Source: Squalus acanthias (lineage: Eukaryota). Taken from it: DNA of 64,000 bases. The stretch spans positions 113,338,001 through 113,402,000 of the forward strand of contig CM059432.1 in assembly GCA_030390025.1 (NCBI GenBank), in the 5' to 3' direction. Shown here in pieces: positions 61,374 to 64,000 of the stretch. The notes under the pieces were generated by a model. The model had not been told where the DNA came from and made no database searches. It saw nothing but the letters and a program-made list of their open reading frames with translations. A program made the translations under genes and the position numbers. How positions within the stretch are numbered: position 1 is the first letter of the stretch; every line of letters starts with the position of its first letter.

Positions 61374-61451
61374 ATTTAATCAACTTTGGAAAACTTCGCA
61401 CTCAAACTTTTTGGACGAACTCGGAACTAAGGATCCAGGGAATCACCCATC

Positions 61452-64000
61452 ATGGAAAACATCCTTAAACCATCGCGTCTTGACTTGGACCCAAACACCC
61501 CAGCAGCCGGTAAGGTGTGGAAACACTGGTATCGCACGTTTGACAATTTTCTTGAATATTGTAAGGCTGATGATGACTCAAAGTTGCGGATACTCATCAA
61601 CTGTGTCACCCCGAATGTATTTCAGTATATGGAGGAATGGGACAGTTACGAGGAGGCAATTCGGACGCTTAAGAGACTATATACTAAGACACCGAATGAG
61701 ATCTATGCCAGACATCTACTAGCTACAGCCCAACAAGGGCCGGAGGAATCCATTGATAAATTCCTCCAAGAGCTTCGCAGACTTAGTATGGACTGTAACT
61801 TTCGGGCGGCCTCAGCTGAGCTGTACCGTGAAGAAATGATCCGTGATGCTTTCATCTGCGGGCTTGCCTCCCCATTTATACGCCAGCGTCTACTGGAAAG
61901 TAAGACACTTGAGCTTCAGAGAGCTTATGACATGGCTTGCTCTCTAGATCTGGCAAAAAGAAATGCAGACCTTTATACAGTGCCCAGACCTCGGTCTACT
62001 GCCTTAACTACAGTCAAGCAATTTAAGAGGCCACAGGTGAACTCTATTAGGGAGGTCTTTATCCCTGACGATCAATCTGATGACTTCACTGATGAAGAGG
62101 ATGATGACCCCACTGTGGCAGCCTCTTGGCAATCTAAGAAATGCTTCTTTTGTGGTGATGAGTTCCACCCTCGGAAATTCTGCCCTGCTCGCAATGCGTT
62201 TTGCAGTCATTGCAACAAAAAGGGTCATTTTGCAAAGGTTTGCCTATCAAGAGCCTCTACAAGGGCTTATCAAGCTAAGTCCTACCGAACTGCCCCGGTA
62301 AGGGCCTATCAAGATGTTCCGGCTAAAATCTATCGTGCTTCCTCTCGAAGAAACACACCTAGAGTTTCAGCCACTCTTTGTGCAACGACACCAATTACAG
62401 CTGCTTGTCCTCAGAACCTATTCCATGCAGCTACAAAAGCATCAATTAATGGACATACTTTAGATGCCTTAATTGACTCAGGTAGCACTGATAGTTTCAT
62501 TAGGGAACAGATTGTTGCAGAGTTAAAGCTACATGTTTTCCCATCGGACCAGGCAGTTGCGATGGCTCAGTCATCACTTAATACCAGAATTTCTGGCTTT
62601 TGTATGGTTGAAATAACACTTAATGGTCGCAGGTATCCCTCCACCCGGCTTTCGGTGCTCAAGGACTTATGTAGTGATCTTATCTTAGGGCTGGATTTTC
62701 AAAAGCAGCATAAGAAGCTCACCATTGAGTTCGGCGGATCCAAACCTGAACTCACTATTTCTAATACACTACCTCGATTACCGTTCTGTGCATTGTCAGC
62801 AGCTTCACTGGATGATCCCTCACTGTTTTCCAGTATCCCTCCTCGATGCAAACCGATTATAACAAAGTCACGACGTTTCAGTCAGGAAGACCAGTCTTTT
62901 ATTGCGGCTGAGATTTCTCGGCTTTTAGCAGAGGATATCATCGAGCCTTGTTCGTCGCCATGGCGCGCCCAGGTCGTTATTGTTAAAAACCCTCTACAAC
63001 CTCACAAGAAACGGCTGTGCATTGACTATTCACAGACCATCAATCAATATACGGACTTGGACGCATACCCATTGCCGCGCATCGATGATATGGTTAATAA
63101 ATTGGCTGAGTACACGGTGTTCTCAACATATGATCTAAAAAGTGCCTATCATCAGGTACCCTTGAAGGTCTCAGACAAGCAGTATACGGCCTTTGAAGCC
63201 AATGGACGGCTGTATCAATTTCGTCGCCTCCCCTTTGGGGTCACTAATGGAGTGGCTGTCTTCCAGCGAGCAATGGATGACCTGGTCAAACAGGAAGACT
63301 TGAAGGATACGTTTCCTTATCTGGACAATATTACTGTCGCAGGTCGCAATCAGCGGGAACATGACGCCAATCTCCAACGATTTTGGGATGCACTCCAGCA
63401 CTGTAATTTGACATTAAATGCGGCTAAATCCATTGAGTCACAACCAACCATCAACATCCTTGGCTATTGTGTGGGCAATGGCATCATTAAACCTGACCCT
63501 GAAAGGCTTCGCCCACTCCAAGAACTCCCGCCACCTAAGAATCCGGCCTCCTTGCGCCGGGCCCTCGGCCTGTTTGCATACTATGCTAAATGGATTCCTA
63601 ACTTCTCGGACCGAATCCAACCTCTACTGAAGGCCAGCACATTCCCACTAGACACAGCGGCTGTTGCAGCCTTTAACCTCCTGAAAAAACAGTTGGAGAA
63701 AGCGACTCTTCACTCCATCGATGAGAGTCTTCCTTTTGTCGTTGAGTGTGATGCCTCGGAGGTGGCGATCTCGGCCACTCTGAATCAGGAAGGTCGTCCG
63801 GTGGCATTTTTGTCCAGGACTTTTCAAGGGGCTGAGCTACATTATCCTCCAGTCGAGAAAGAAGCTACAGCCATCATAGAGGCAGTACGGAAGTGGAGTC
63901 ATCTCCTAGCTCGCCAGCACTTTACCTTAATCACGGACCAGCGATCGGTCGCCTTCATGCTCGATAATCGAAAACGGACCAAAATTAAAAATAATAAAAT
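61452..64000 (+). CDS. Ty3/Gypsy (Mag-like) gag-pol polyprotein, runs off the window end
   Basis: All motifs in one frame: MENILKPSRLDLDPNTPAAGKVWKHW, two zinc knuckles CFFCGDEFHPRKFC / CSHCNKKGHFAKVC (62142), protease LIDSGS (62469), RT LPFG and YLDN (63318), RNase H CDAS (63747). Absent from the ORF track, consistent with no stop before the window end. Confidence 0.92.
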   Translation, partial: MENILKPSRLDLDPNTPAAGKVWKHWYRTFDNFLEYCKADDDSKLRILINCVTPNVFQYMEEWDSYEEAIRTLKRLYTKTPNEIYARHLLATAQQGPEESIDKFLQELRRLSMDCNFRAASAELYREEMIRDAFICGLASPFIRQRLLESKTLELQRAYDMACSLDLAKRNADLYTVPRPRSTALTTVKQFKRPQVNSIREVFIPDDQSDDFTDEEDDDPTVAASWQSKKCFFCGDEFHPRKFCPARNAFCSHCNKKGHFAKVCLSRASTRAYQAKSYRTAPVRAYQDVPAKIYRASSRRNTPRVSATLCATTPITAACPQNLFHAATKASINGHTLDALIDSGSTDSFIREQIVAELKLHVFPSDQAVAMAQSSLNTRISGFCMVEITLNGRRYPSTRLSVLKDLCSDLILGLDFQKQHKKLTIEFGGSKPELTISNTLPRLPFCALSAASLDDPSLFSSIPPRCKPIITKSRRFSQEDQSFIAAEISRLLAEDIIEPCSSPWRAQVVIVKNPLQPHKKRLCIDYSQTINQYTDLDAYPLPRIDDMVNKLAEYTVFSTYDLKSAYHQVPLKVSDKQYTAFEANGRLYQFRRLPFGVTNGVAVFQRAMDDLVKQEDLKDTFPYLDNITVAGRNQREHDANLQRFWDALQHCNLTLNAAKSIESQPTINILGYCVGNGIIKPDPERLRPLQELPPPKNPASLRRALGLFAYYAKWIPNFSDRIQPLLKASTFPLDTAAVAAFNLLKKQLEKATLHSIDESLPFVVECDASEVAISATLNQEGRPVAFLSRTFQGAELHYPPVEKEATAIIEAVRKWSHLLARQHFTLITDQRSVAFMLDNRKRTKIKNNK

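Overview
Repeat-dense eukaryotic DNA, most likely from a shark or other elasmobranch (inferred from a V-SINE/HE1-type SINE sharing its 3' tail with CR1 LINEs). I see no intact host protein-coding gene. Main contents: (1) a ~7-kb intronless MROH1-like (maestro HEAT-repeat) pseudogene on the minus strand, split by an RTE and a CR1 insertion; (2) many PIF/Harbinger elements, both decayed two-gene elements (intron-containing Myb/SANT gene facing a HARBI1-type DDE transposase) and MITE derivatives with GG-started TIRs and 3-bp TSDs; (3) Penelope-like elements carrying minimal hammerhead ribozyme motifs; (4) CR1, L2 and RTE LINEs and SINEs, often nested; (5) tandem arrays of 57, 21 and 34 bp plus a 1.65-kb acidic-codon expansion; (6) at the right edge, a young-looking Gypsy LTR element whose gag-pol frame appears open to the window end. 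That element has no tRNA-type PBS, but has an 11-nt PBS complementary to its own LTR (candidate self-priming) and a YLDN RT motif. All family assignments come from reading motifs by eye; no database search was run.
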